NCBI GenBank assembly: GCA_950097015.1
Contig: CATNEN010000039.1
Coordinates: forward strand, 4,278,001 to 4,342,000
Length of the DNA: 64,000 nucleotides
Direction of reading: 5' to 3'
Source: Macrostomum hystrix
Lineage: Eukaryota; Animalia; Platyhelminthes
Below are positions 34,101-45,433 of the stretch, in pieces. Position numbers and translations under genes: made by a program. The notes beneath the pieces were generated by a model. That model did not search any database, was not told the DNA's origin, and saw only the letters and a program-made list of their open reading frames with translations. Position 1 is the first letter of the stretch; every line of letters begins with the position of its first letter.

Positions 34101-35518
34101 CCTTTGGCAGCTCCTTCGACGGACTGAAGATGAACTCGAGCGGCTGATGATCGCAGTTTAGCGTGAACTTGGACTCGAAATCCAATGGGGTTTCCCCGCG
34201 CAGGTTCGGATCCTGCTTGCGACGCCATTGTCGTGTCGTTTAGAGAGACTCACATCACTTATATAGAACGCGAAACACAAGTACAACGTGCGATATTATT
34301 GAGCGGTGGCAACGTGCCACGCCCTAGGCATGTACATTAATAAGTTAGCGAAGAGTTAAAGGACATTGGCGGCCCCGCGCCCGCCCACGCTCAGGCTATC
34401 CATGCGCCTGGCCGCGATAGACCGACGGCGCCACAAATAGTAAATTGCATCATTATTAATCTCGCTTAATCTGACACTGCAAATTCCATTTATCTACCCG
34501 ACAGTTCGCTGCACGACGACGGTTGCGGCAGAAACGCCACCTTCTACATGGTGATGCCGCTGTACGATGGCAGCCTAGCCGACCTCCTGGCAGCTCAGGG
34601 GCCCATTGGTCGCGCCGAGTCGCTGGCGATGCTGGCTCAGCTGGCTGAAGCGGACGCCTACCTGAAGGGTTCCGTCGACGTCGCTCACCGCGACATCAGG
34701 TCCAGCAACGTGGCCGTTCGCGGCGTCGGACCAGATCGGCGTCGTCTGGTGCTTATCGACTTTGGTGCCGCCGTCTCGCCGGCGAAAATGCCGCAGCCGC
34801 ACGAGAGCGTTGTGTCGTGGGGCAATTCGCACCTGGTTCCACCTGAAGTGGCCAGAGCTGAACCGGGTCCAGGTAGGCTTTTAACTGGAGTAGTTTACCT
34901 GTTAGACACAAGTGCTAACCTGTGAGACACTAGTGGTCACCTGTTAGACACAAGTGCTCACCTGTTAGACACAAGTGCTCACCTGTTAGACACAAGTGCT
35001 CACCTGTTAGACACAAGTGCTCACCTGTTAGACACAAATTGTCACCTCTCTGCTAGTAAATCTTTCGCAAGCTTCTCTGCCTATTCTTGTGATATTCAGA
35101 ATTATAATCCTCACGCACAACCCGCTGCTACTCAGATTCTGTCATCGACTACAGCCTGGCTGACCTCTGGGCCATCGCCACCCTGGCCTGGGAGCTGGTC
35201 GGCCTGAAGAATCCTTTCCTAAGCGGCAGCCGCAGCTCGCGCCAGCCGTATCAGCCGCAAGACCTGCCGAGTCTCGCCGATCAACTTGGCGGCCGCGCCG
35301 ATCGCCTGCTTCGTCGTCTGGCCCTAGCCGCGGATCCCGCCGACCGGCCTACCTCAGACTGGGTCGCGAGGGCGCTGCGACGCCTGCAAGGCGAAGAGCA
35401 TCGCCGACAGCGACGTCGCCAGCTGTTCGCCAGATTGACGCCCGAGGAGCTGCTTGAGTTCTCGGCTGCTTTGCCGATGTACTGGCTGCGGCCTCTGCTG
35501 TTGCTGCCACTAGTGTAG
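31125..35518 (+). CDS. PINK1: PINK1-like mitochondrial Ser/Thr kinase; exons 31125-31870, 34505-34872, 35136-35518 (~498 aa)
   Basis: Arg/Leu-rich presequence; TM-like LAALSLGLGLIG (cf. PINK1 LAFGLGLGLI); VGLGGNSGV G-loop; LAVKRYFNPSIES; SLHDDGCGRNATFYMVM (PINK1 insertion-3 region); HRDIRSSN; DFG; GNSHLVPPEVARAEPGP; VIDYSLADLWA..WELVGLKNPF. Splice phases are consistent. Confidence 0.85.
32707..34185 (-). CDS. Truncated pol: RNase H C-terminal remnant + complete integrase (no gag, protease or RT)
   Basis: KFTLNCDHQPL..RIMRWAIQLAAFDYDIVY (RNase H end); HGDSH...CAKC zinc finger; HMD / SDNAAEF / SNGLAER DDE triad. No stop codons; annotated start is a TTG within tRNA-derived sequence. Confidence 0.9.
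   Translation of the reverse strand: MDFESKFTLNCDHQPLEFIFSPSKELPKVTSARIMRWAIQLAAFDYDIVYVRGSCIPHVDAMSRLEFEDSFENPKEEVSRFVHWTETDVLKQNEIQQATDADPVLRSIRQRIKNNVWSNCSAAERPYKSVRQQLTVEDGIICLGDLIVPPAGLRSRVLQAAHGDSHSGALATRNRLKREAWWPGHCDDVERYVKQCAKCTEIRTPPARATHTWPAESTAWQRVHMDHAHVPGVGYLLIVVDAFSGWPEAVRVPDRSAQTTLRTLRAIFSRLGVPCTLVSDNAAEFCDGELRDWLRRIGCSQIHSPPYHPESNGLAERMVQTVKRGLVAFPVHRGSFDAYLAKLLLNYRATPRSDGRGSPSALMGRQLRSPLTLTFSVDAPVIYQARAGSPTESARFVVQAGHNTAVVTREDGRPVLAHRDQIRPLPDGNEQPAGHLPGRDDGGKDSASEVASLPGSEVQDGPAGSFQTNATPVPRRSERSNKGVPPDRLVLR
34169..34227 (+). other. 59-nt copy of tRNA-Ser(CGA) positions 27-76 including CCA (extended primer-binding site; not a tRNA gene)
   Basis: TTGGA-CTCGAAA-TCCAA anticodon arm, long variable arm GGGG-TTT-CCCC, T arm GCAGG-TTCGGAT-CCTGC, acceptor 3' strand, G73 and CCA; no D arm or 5' acceptor strand. 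Confidence 0.92.
34896..35046. repeat. 21-bp minisatellite in PINK1-like intron 2
   Basis: Unit cacctgttagacacaagtgct, about 7 copies. Confidence 0.9.
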
Positions 35519-35529
35519 ACTTGGCGTCT

Positions 35530-36307
35530 GAGACTGGGCCAGCGGAGGGTGGGTGGGTAGGTGAGTGATTGAGCGGAGTGTGGAGTGGGTAGGTGAGTGA
35601 CTGAGCGGAGTGTGGAGTGGGTAGGTGAGTGACTGAGCGGAGTGTGGAGTGGGTAGGTGAGTGACTGAGCGGAGTGTGGAGTGGGTAGGTGAGTGATTGA
35701 GCGGAGTGTGGAGTGGGTAGGTGAGTGACTGAGCGGAGTGTGGAGTGGGTAGGTGAGTGACTGAGCGGAGTGTGGAGTGGGTAGGTGAGTGACTGAGCGG
35801 AGTGTGGAGTGGGTAGGTGAGTGACTGAGCGGAGTGTGGAGTGGGTAGGTGAGTGACTGAGCGGAGTGTGGAGTGGGTAGGTGAGTGACTGAGCGGAGTG
35901 TGGAGTGGGTAGGTGAGTGACTGAGCGGAGTGTGGAGTGGGTAGGTGAGTGACTGAGCGGAGTGTGGAGTGGGTAGGTGAGTGATTGAGCGGAGTGTGGA
36001 GTGGGTAGGTGAGTGACTGAGCGGAGTGTGGAGTGGGTAGGTGAGTGACTGAGCGGAGTGTGGAGTGGGTAGGTGAGTGACTGAGCGGAGTGTGGAGTGG
36101 GTAGGTGAGTGACTGAGCGGAGTGTGGAGTGGGTAGGTGAGTGACTGAGCGGAGTGTGGAGTGGGTAGGTGAGTGATTGAGCGGAGTGTGGAGTGGGTAG
36201 GTGAGTGATTGAGCGGAGTGTGGAGTGGGTAGGTGAGTGACTGAGCGGAGTGTGGAGTGGGTAGGTGAGTGACTGAGCGGAGTGTGGAGTGGGTAGGTGA
36301 GTGACTC
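35530..36307. repeat. 32-bp G-rich minisatellite immediately after the PINK1-like stop codon
   Basis: Unit gagtgactgagcggagtgtggagtgggtaggt, roughly 23-24 near-identical copies. Confidence 0.95.
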
Positions 36308-38031
36308 TCCTGGGCTGATTAAGGTATCAGAAGACTTTATCTTCATCTTGCGTCATTAAGCTATGTTTTCCGTCATAAAAGCAATGCTCGTATTTCCTTA
36401 CTCAAGATTATTATACTTTCGAAACTTTATTAAATTTAATAACGCCCGTTCGATTGCATTAACCTGCATTAACTTTTGTTGAATAATATGTTTATTCAGA
36501 ATCACCGATGACAGGTGAGCGCAGGCTGACTGTGTTAGTGGGCAGTGGTCAATGGGAGTTTTCGTTTTTTTAACACTGTCACCTGCTGCTCTGTGTCGCG
36601 AGTTTTCTGACTGCTTCAGTCAAAATCTCTGGTGTTATTTCTTGCGTTTTCGCATTTTCGGCTAGCTGTTTCATAACGCTAAGCTAAACGGAAAACTTTA
36701 ATCGTAAATAAATACAGTTTCTCTACTATTTTTCATCATACTTTCAGCCTTGTTTCAAATATTACTAAGCAGAGCTGCATCGTTCTTGGTTAACTTAAAA
36801 TTCGATTACTCTTCATTGCCGCTCATTGGGCGCTATCGAAGCAGGCTGATCTGTCTATGGTAAAAACTATTTTTATTCCAGATGCTATGTAAAGATGTCC
36901 ATGTTCCAGGCCCAGCTGGAATTGCTTAAATTCCATATTTGAGCACAGAGACTCAGAGAAATCCCAACCTTGGGAGGTGTTATAGACCATTTGCAGAGTG
37001 GGAATTTTTATCTGGGATTATTGATTGAAACTCCCTAAGCAACTCAGGCGTGCGAGGCCGATTTCTGAGCAGTAGTTGAGACTCTGCTCACAGGTGGCTG
37101 CGAAGGAATGAAGAGATGAAGGCTGGGGTGGGAGGAAGACGGTTGCCACGGCCGGAGAGCCGTCGGGTTGATCAACTGCTCGCGTGCTGAGTCGCCCAGG
37201 TCTGCCGTGTCTGATCCGCCAGGCGCAAGTGTCAGGGCTGCTACAGCAGACTGCTAATTAGCGCCAAACACCTTTAGGACTTTGATGATTTGAGTCCGCA
37301 CTGAGTCTAGTAGGATCCCACCTGCCTGTCCTACAATGCCCAGCTGTTGCGTGAAGGATAATGTGGTGCCAAATGAAGCGTCCTCGCCGTTTGTACCAAT
37401 AGCACGGTCGTGTCTATCAGCCAGCCTGTCTGGGTACTATGGTGGTGCAATATTATCCCTGTGCGATCAGCAAGTGAAGCTTTTGCATTTTGAAGGGCCT
37501 TCAGTGTAGGGGTTAGTATAAATTGTGCATTTTAAAGGGGCCTATAAAACCTACTGTTAAAAAGCGATATATAAATATATTTACATCGTTGACTCTAGTC
37601 CGCTAAATGATTAGCCTGAATCTCCCTGCCAATCAGAAAGCGTTCTTGCTGCGAGCAGAAACAGACGAGCTGTGCCCCGAGTCTCTGCCTTGTTTTCTCT
37701 CGATTTTCTCTCGATTTCTAGCATTTCCGTGTGCGCGTGCGTGAGTGTCTGGGCGCTCTTTCAAGCCTTTTCGCTTCGTTCTGACTTCATTGAATGAGAA
37801 GCCTTGCTTTTTGAGGCCAGCTAATTCTTTATAAATATCGCTAACCCGGGGCCTCAGCATCTTTTTGCCAGATATTTTTTGCGCGCTACTTTGAGCTCGG
37901 GTTTGCCGCTTCTGCAGGCATGCAAGCAAAGCCAACATGCTCGTAAGTCCCTTTTCTGCTTTCACTGCAACCGCTGCATGCTGCTTTGCTGATTGGATTG
38001 AACATCTGCCGCTTCATCGAGATGAAAAATG

Positions 38032-38533
38032 CCTCTGCGCCTCAACCCCTCAGTCGTGTCGATTACTCCGCCACTCACCTCAGTCTTGTGGATTACTCCG
38101 CCCCTCAACCCCTCAGTCGTGTGGATTACTCCGCCCCTCAACCCCTCAGTCTTGTGGATTACTCCGCCCCTCAACCCCTCAGTTGTGTGGATTACTCCGC
38201 CCCTCAACCCTCATCGTGTCGATTACTCCGCCACTCACCTCAGTCTTGTGCATTACTCCGCCCCTCAACCCTCATCGTGTGGATTACTCCGCCCCTTAAC
38301 CCCTCAGTCGTGTGGATTACTCCGCCTCTCAACCCCTCAGTCGTGTGGATTACTCCGCCCCTCAACCCCTCAGTCGTGTGGATTACTCCGCCCCTCAACC
38401 CCTCAGTCGTGTGGATTACTCCGCCCCTCAACCCTCAGTCGTGTGGATTATTCCGCCCCTCAACCCCTCAGTCGTGTGGATTACTCCGCCCCTCAACCCC
38501 TCAGTCGTGTGGATTACTCCGCCCTCAACCCCT
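38032..38533. repeat. 33-bp minisatellite
   Basis: Unit cccctcaacccctcagtcgtgtggattactccg with shorter variants. Confidence 0.95.
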
Positions 38534-38904
38534 AGATAGATAGCACGGTGCAGTCAACTGGGGATTGATGTGGCAACAATGGCGGGTTCCCACAGTGCTG
38601 CCTCTAGATATCAGACAGCGCGTGGACTCGAGTACGCACTTGTATTTCGTCACGACCCAGCCGGGAAACAGGCGACAAAGTGGACCGTCGAGATCGTGTC
38701 GGCTTTGTTGGGCTGGTGTAGCAAAAAGTGTAACAAAATCCGTCGATGGTTTAGTCACGCCACGGTGCGTCGCGGCCTCTCTCCTGGGCTGCCCGATAGC
38801 AGACAAACCGAGATAGACATAATTTTTCTACCCTCCACTGATGCACGAGACAAACTTTTAACACGGTTTCTATCCGCCAAAATCCACTGCTCTACTATCA
38901 GTAC

Positions 38905-39058
38905 TATAATGATAATGATAATTGCGGGAGGGCTGCGGGCAAATCATTCAGGTACACTTGACCCGCAGCCAGTGAGGAGGCTATGTTGCCCTTTTCGCTG
39001 ACTCCTGAGCACACAAGCACACAGATACTGTACGCAGGCACTCACTCTGACTTTCTCC
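38905..39058 (-). mobile_element. SINE family A 3' fragment
   Basis: gacccgcagccagtgaggaggc...gactcctgagcacac...gatactgtacgcaggcac, with tail. Confidence 0.75.
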
Positions 39059-39059
39059 T

Positions 39060-39468
39060 TTTATGGTTTCTACTAAAATATTCAACCAATCGACATCCCG
39101 AACATCCCGAACATCGGCTAAAATTTCCACTCTATCCGATGAAACAGTTCACAGAACCACAAAACATCAGCATTGTTGAGATATTCAACAATTCTTCTCG
39201 GGGTGCCTGCTCATAAAATTTCATCATGTCGGTTATTATTAATTTTTTATTATTAAGTATTGAAGCAAGGTGGATTTACTAAAGAGGTTTATTCAGAGCA
39301 ATGTTATATAGTTGTCCTTGTCACCACAGTCTTTGAAAGTTAGTTCATCGGAACGGGCGCAAAAGGTTGATCCACATTGTGTACTTTCAAGAAAATCGGT
39401 CATTCGGCTTGGGAGGGATCGTTAAGTAGGCAGTGGATATTTAAAATATCCCCGTGGTCTACTGTTAA
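39060..39468. mobile_element. Partial inverted copy of the TTAA MITE at 23302-23828
   Basis: Shared blocks (ttccactctatc, ctttgaaagttagttcatcg, gtaggcagtgg) and terminal gtggtctactg-ttaa. Confidence 0.65.
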
Positions 39469-40925
39469 AGCTTTATGCAGAAAAGTCGGTTGAATATCTG
39501 TTTAATCCTGCCATTCAACACTGATGCAAGCCTGCACAGAAAGAGTGACCAGTGCACGGCCGATCAGGCGACAACCGAGCCGGCTGGTCGGCTGGAGCAG
39601 GGCTCAATTTATGTAGCAGGCGGGGCAGGCCCGCGAACGAATTCCCAGGAGTTGGGGAGGCTGAACTCGAGCTCCGAATGGGGCCCGCGGTCTCCGGGAG
39701 CAGATTATCTATCGGCTCCTATCTTTTCCTCTGATACCATAGAGGGCCTAGCCGCGCGCCAGCAGGGGTGTTATGTTACTGCAAAAGTGCATCATCACAG
39801 CCTCTGACCATCGAGCGCGAAATACCGCTTGCTGTGCGTGTGTGATCAATAAGTTGGCTGGCCATAGTGTCTCCGCAATGAGGGCAAGATGAAGGGGGCG
39901 GAATGGCTTCCCTGGCTTGGACTTTGAGTAGGCTGGAGGCTGCATAGATGAGGTGAGGAGTGGGGCGGGAGCTCAGAGGACTGGGGAAGGGATGGGCTAA
40001 GCTCTCTAACTGTACGTTCTCTTCCTCTTTCTCCCAGCTTCCCATCCACCCCTCTCCTCCTCTTAACCAGGTCCCGAAATCCGCAGAGGCATCATATCCC
40101 TTTAGCTCAGCCAGCTCACCAGTCCCCAAGGTCTGGGCCGGATCCGCCAGGCGCAGCCATCCCGCGCCTTCTGCATGCACGCATTGCATCAGCTCCGGGG
40201 CGGGAATTGTGGGTAAGGGAGAGTCGGGATAGGGAGCAGGATAAGGGATGCGTGGCAGCCTACAAGGCAAGACTCGCTTGTTGTGGCCGGCTGACCAACC
40301 CCAGTCTCCCAGCCGGTCTCTCGCCCGGCCCCTCTAGTTTTGAGCACATGTCTGCTCAGCAGTATTATAGCCAGCCTTCAGACTCTCGCCCAATTCGGCA
40401 ACTCTGCCAGACCGCTCTCTTCCCCAACCTCCGACCCGTCCTACCCAGCGATCTCCAACTGCAGAGTAACCAGCAGCAGCAGCAGCAGCCAGTTCTGTTT
40501 GTCAGTTTAGGTCACTGGCCAGAAGCCAAACAAGAAGCCCATCGCTTTCCTTACCCGCTGCGCTCCCTGCCCCTGACTGCACTGAGACACGCCAAGGAGA
40601 ACCAGGGGGCAGAGACACAGAGTCGGGCATCGGCAGCTTTCAGCGATATTGCTTCCCAACAACTTTGCCAGAAACTAATCTTGAGCAACAGTGAACTCTC
40701 AGAGTGCTGTGAGAGTCTGAATCAAACAGAAAAACAAGGTTTTCTCGCTTCAATATCAACCTCTGGCGAAAGGCCAATTAGCTAATTCGATCCAGAGCCG
40801 CTAGGAGCCACCCAGCCTTGGTGGCTGCAGCCCTTAGTTGGGCCGTTTGTTGAGGCGGAAGCGAAGCCTCAGCAAATGCCGCCAGCCGGACAGCCCATTG
40901 TTTTGCTAATATTATCATCCAGAAG

Positions 40926-43900
40926 ATGAACTTTGGCGGCTTTGGCAGCAAAGTGTTCGACTGGGTGTCTAATCAGGCCAAGCAGGTCACTGACCAGGCC
41001 GAGAACGCTTTTAGGGGCATCCAGGATGAGATCAGCGTGCGGTCCGGGACCGGCGACGGAGCAGCTGCCGCCACCGCCGCCGCGTCCTCCGATGCCACTG
41101 GGTCCGACGCCACAGTCTCGGTTCCGTCGACAGTGCCAAAGCTGCCAATCAGCGAGGGCGGCACCTGCCAGGTGTGCTGCCGGGTGAAGTACGCTGAAGG
41201 CTACGGACACCTGTGCCACTACTGCAAGCTTAAGACTTGCGCCCGCTGCGGTACAAAGACCAGCATCAAGCCGACTCAGGTGAGGCTGGTTTGTTTCTAA
41301 CTGTCCAAATATTATAAAATTGCAATAACAACGATAGCTAGTAGTAATATTCGTGGGCACTAGCGCATTAGGCAATTCTGCCAATAACGCTGACCCCTGA
41401 GCACACCTACTCACTGCCCCTGGCTTTCTCATTGTTGATCAGTGTACTCCACTCTACTAACGCGGAAGCCGCCTTTCCGAGACAACTGCTCCACAAATTA
41501 ATCAAGCGTTAGAGTTCGAATTTATAAGCCTTCAAAGCTAGTATTTCATGACTGTTAAAGTGTGCGCCCCTGTGCCGCTCGCCTCTGCAGGACGTGGCCT
41601 CCAGCGACGCAGCCGCCGCTGCAACGGCTCGGGTAAGAACTCGGGCCGGTGAGCCCCGATTCTCCCTGGGGAAATTCGCTGGGAGTTGACCTCGAAAATT
41701 ATTCTCCCCTCAGCCTGAAAAGTCACGTGATGCACTCACTCATTTTACACTTTTATTTTTCATAAGAATCCTTTTGAGTTGAGCCACCGTGACTGCATGT
41801 CTTTGGTTTCTGAGACGACACAAAGCTTTCTGTTTTGTTTTATCTTACACTTTTCTCTGCAAGCCTTGTAATCCTTGGCTTTGTGCTTGACCGTGTCATT
41901 CACCCGAGTCTCGTTTAGCAGCACTATGACGCGAATGTGTTTGGTCAGCCAGCCCTTTGCTCGCCTGGCTTGTCCATAATCACCTATTTGCATCGCTTGC
42001 CACTGCACTTTGCAAAATTTATCCACTATTAAACTCCAAACATTCTCTCTCTCTTCCCTCTCTCCCCTTCTTCCTTCCTATTCCCTCTCCTTTCATTTTC
42101 CCCTGTCCGTTCCAATTCCCTTGCCCGTTCCTATCCCCTTGTCCGTTCCTCCCCTTGTCCGTTCTTATCCCCTTGTCCGTTCCTCCCCTTGTCCGTTCCT
42201 ATCCCCTTCTCCGATCCTCTCCCACCTTCTCCGATCCTCTCCCACCTTCTCCGATCCTCTCCTATCTTCTCCGATCCTCTCCCATCTTATCCGATCTTCT
42301 CCCACATTTTCCGATCCTCTCCCATCTTCTCCGATCCTGTCCTATCTTCTCCGATCCTCTCCTATCTTCTCCGATCCTCTCCCACCTTCTCCGATCCTCT
42401 CCCACCTTCTCCGATCCTCTCCCATCTTCTCCGATCCTGTCCTATCTTCTCCGATCCTCTCCTATCTTCTCCGATCCTCTCCCACCTTCTCCGATCCTCT
42501 CCCACCTTCCTGATCCTCTCCCATCTTCTCCGATCCTGTCCTATCTTCTCCGATCCTCTCCCATCTTCTCTGATCCTCTCCCACCTTCTCCGATCCTCTC
42601 CCACCTTCTCCGATCTTCTCCCACCCTCTCCGATCCTCTCCCACCTTCTCCGATCCTCTCCCATCTTCTCCGATCCTCTCCCACCTTCTCCGATCCTCCC
42701 ATTTTCTCCGATCCTCTCTGATCCTCTCATCTTATCTGATCCTCTTCCACCTTCTCCGATCCTCTCTCCCCTTCCTCGATCCTCTCCCATCTTCTCCGAT
42801 CCTCTCCTATCTTCTCCGATCCTCTCCCATCTTATCCGATCTTCTCCCACATTTTCCGATCCTCTCCCATCTTCTCCGATCCTGTCCTATCTTCTCCGAT
42901 CCTCTCCTATCTTCTCCGATCCTCTCCCACCTTCTCCGATCCTCTCCCACCTTCTCCGATCCTCTCCCATCTTCTCCGATCCTGTCCTATCTTCTCCGAT
43001 CCTCTCCTATCTTCTCCGATCCTCTCCCACCTTCTCCGATCCTCTCCCACCTTCCTGATCCTCTCCCATCTTCTCCGATCCTGTCCTATCTTCTCCGATC
43101 CTCTCCCATCTTCTCTGATCCTCTCCCACCTTCTCCGATCCTCTCCCACCTTCTCCGATCTTCTCCCACCCTCTCCGATCCTCTCCCACCTTCTCCGATC
43201 CTCTCCCATCTTCTCCGATCCTCTCCCACCTTCTCCGATCCTCCCATTTTCTCCGATCCTCTCTGATCCTCTCATCTTATCTGATCCTCTTCCACCTTCT
43301 CCGATCCTCTCTCCCCTTCCTCGATCCTCTCCCATCTTCTCCGATCCTCTCCTATCTTCTCCGATCCTCTCCCATCTTCACCGATCCTCTCCCATTTTCT
43401 CGGATCCTCTCCCACCTTCTCCGATCGTCTCTTACAGTCTCCGTTTGTCTCCCCTTCAGTTTTTATACTATTGCACTTCCTTTTCGTTTTTTTGCTTCCT
43501 GTGTCCCTATCAGTAATTTCCGCGTATTCTCACTTTGATTTGATCTGCCTTTATTCTCCCTCAATGCCTTGCCCGTCCTCCACGGCTGCACGCCTGCGAA
43601 AGCTCTCGCCAGGCTTATTAACTGAGCCCCAGTCGTAGGCGCAGGCGCGAATCCCAGATCTAGTTCAGTGCGGGTCGGGCGGGAGAGCGACAAAATGGCG
43701 AGGCGTTCCAGATTTAATCTCTCTGGGGAAGACGCGACCGAGTTAGGAAGAATGCGAAAATCCTAAATCATATATGCATATATGACCGCGAGACTCAGTT
43801 AGTGAGGACGACTGTTTCAGTAGTGGAGGAGTGGGGCGGAGAGATGCTGCAGAGCAAGGCGAGTGGAGGGCAGTGCGGAGGCGGCGGAACTTCTTGCGAT

Positions 43901-44344
43901 TTCTCCCGCAATTATTGAACTGGCTCCTGGCACTCGTCCTCTTGCCTCTTTCCTCTTCCCCGGCGGCCCTCAAAGTCATTCTCTGAGTCCTATTCCGCAC
44001 CTAGTTTCTGTCTCAGTGAGAAATCTTGCTTTCCTTCTAGGACGCCACTTCTCCCATGTCTTGCACTTTAATGTGGCTCAAAAGCGTTCATGAAGTTCTA
44101 CGATTTCAGCCTTCGCGAACCAAGCAGCCTCTCAGCACTTGTTAGTGCGAATAAACAAAACTGAATTCATGACATTTGCGAGGCCGCTTACATTTAACAG
44201 AGTGTCTGGGTGTGCGCCAACTGTCAACCAACCGGAAGGCGAAGCAGTGCTGCCGCCACAGCTGCTGGATCCAGCGCGACATCGGCGACCGCCGCGAATG
44301 TAGCCACAGAGAATAGAAAGCAGCAACAGCAACAGCAGCAACAA

Positions 44345-44375
<31 letters not shown>

Positions 44376-44427
44376 TTCAGACACAGCACCAGAGGGAGCC
44401 AAAACCGCAGCAGCCTCGACAAAACCG

Positions 44428-44515
<88 letters not shown>

Positions 44516-45386
44516 AAGCAGCAGCAAAGGCAGCCAGTCAATAGGACCAATTCTCACGGTCTAGCGAGGTAAACCATTCGCTGTAGACGTACAGTGCGGA
44601 ATCTGCAGGTGGTGATAGATTTGGAAATTGTAATTTCAAGTGTAGGTGAGGCTGAGCTAAAATATTACTCCAGCCATAAGAGAAATTCGCGGAGAGACGG
44701 GGCAACTGTTTGTTCTCTCTAATTGGTATCGAGAACAGAAGTACCTCTAGAAAAAGATAATTACGAACTCGAACTCGTGCGTTTATTCCCTAAATATATA
44801 ATGCGTAAGAGGCATGAGGTCTTCCTAGCTGAGACTTGTCATTAACGGGGCGACTGAAATAGCCTCATTGATGAAACCTCGCCTGCTAAAGGAGCTGCAT
44901 ATTATGTAACACAGTGGATTGTTCCAGTGACACGCAAATGAATCTTCAATACTCACAATGTCCATCCGCAGACAAAATTCTCTAAACGATGGTCTGGAAT
45001 GTCAAAAGCCGCGGCAGGAGGCTGCGCCGGCCTCGGCGGCTGAGGACGACGTCGCATTGGCCACCTCGACGTTGCGTTCGAATTCGCGCGTCTCGGCGTC
45101 GTCGGCAACGGTGCGGGCTCGGTCTGAGTCGCGCGGTCAGCATTACCAGCCACTGCCCCAGCACCAGCAGCAGCAGCGGCACCAGCAGCATCAACGTATT
45201 TCAAACGAGCAGCAGCAACAGCAGCCCCAGCAGCGTCTAAATCGCCATCCTCCTGGACATGACCCAGCTGCTGTGCCGTCGGCCAGTTTCGATAATACCG
45301 CTTCTCCGCGACGATACACAGGCGGCCGAATCTACGATCCTTCTGGTCAGTACAACGTCGCCCCCGGACCAGCAGGGAACAGAACA

Positions 45387-45433
<47 letters not shown>

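Larger units (their letters stand above)
32492..34435 (-). mobile_element. Internally deleted Ty3/Gypsy (Mag-like) LTR retrotransposon in PINK1-like intron 1
   Basis: Two 207-bp TG...CA LTRs (32492-32698, 34229-34435) identical by eye; 5-bp TSD aatag (32487-32491, 34436-34440); short PPT (ggggaga on the minus strand) next to the 3' LTR; tRNA-complementary PBS next to the 5' LTR. Confidence 0.97.

Noticed and set aside
34169-34227. Functional tRNA-Ser gene
   Set aside because: Lacks the 5' acceptor strand and D arm/A box, has encoded CCA, and sits at the PBS position of an LTR element.
35510-36346. 278-aa minus-strand ORF
   Set aside because: Translation of the 32-bp minisatellite.
37937-38543. 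Overlapping repetitive ORFs
   Set aside because: Translations of the 33-bp minisatellite.
39475-40860. GC-rich ORFs (110-192 aa) upstream of RIM, sharing gatccgccaggcgca with ~37213
   Set aside because: No recognisable domain or consistent splice model; may be decayed repeat or RIM 5' sequence, unsupported.
41957-43335. Pro/Ser/Leu-rich and Arg/Glu-rich ORFs
   Set aside because: Intronic 20-bp satellite read-throughs.
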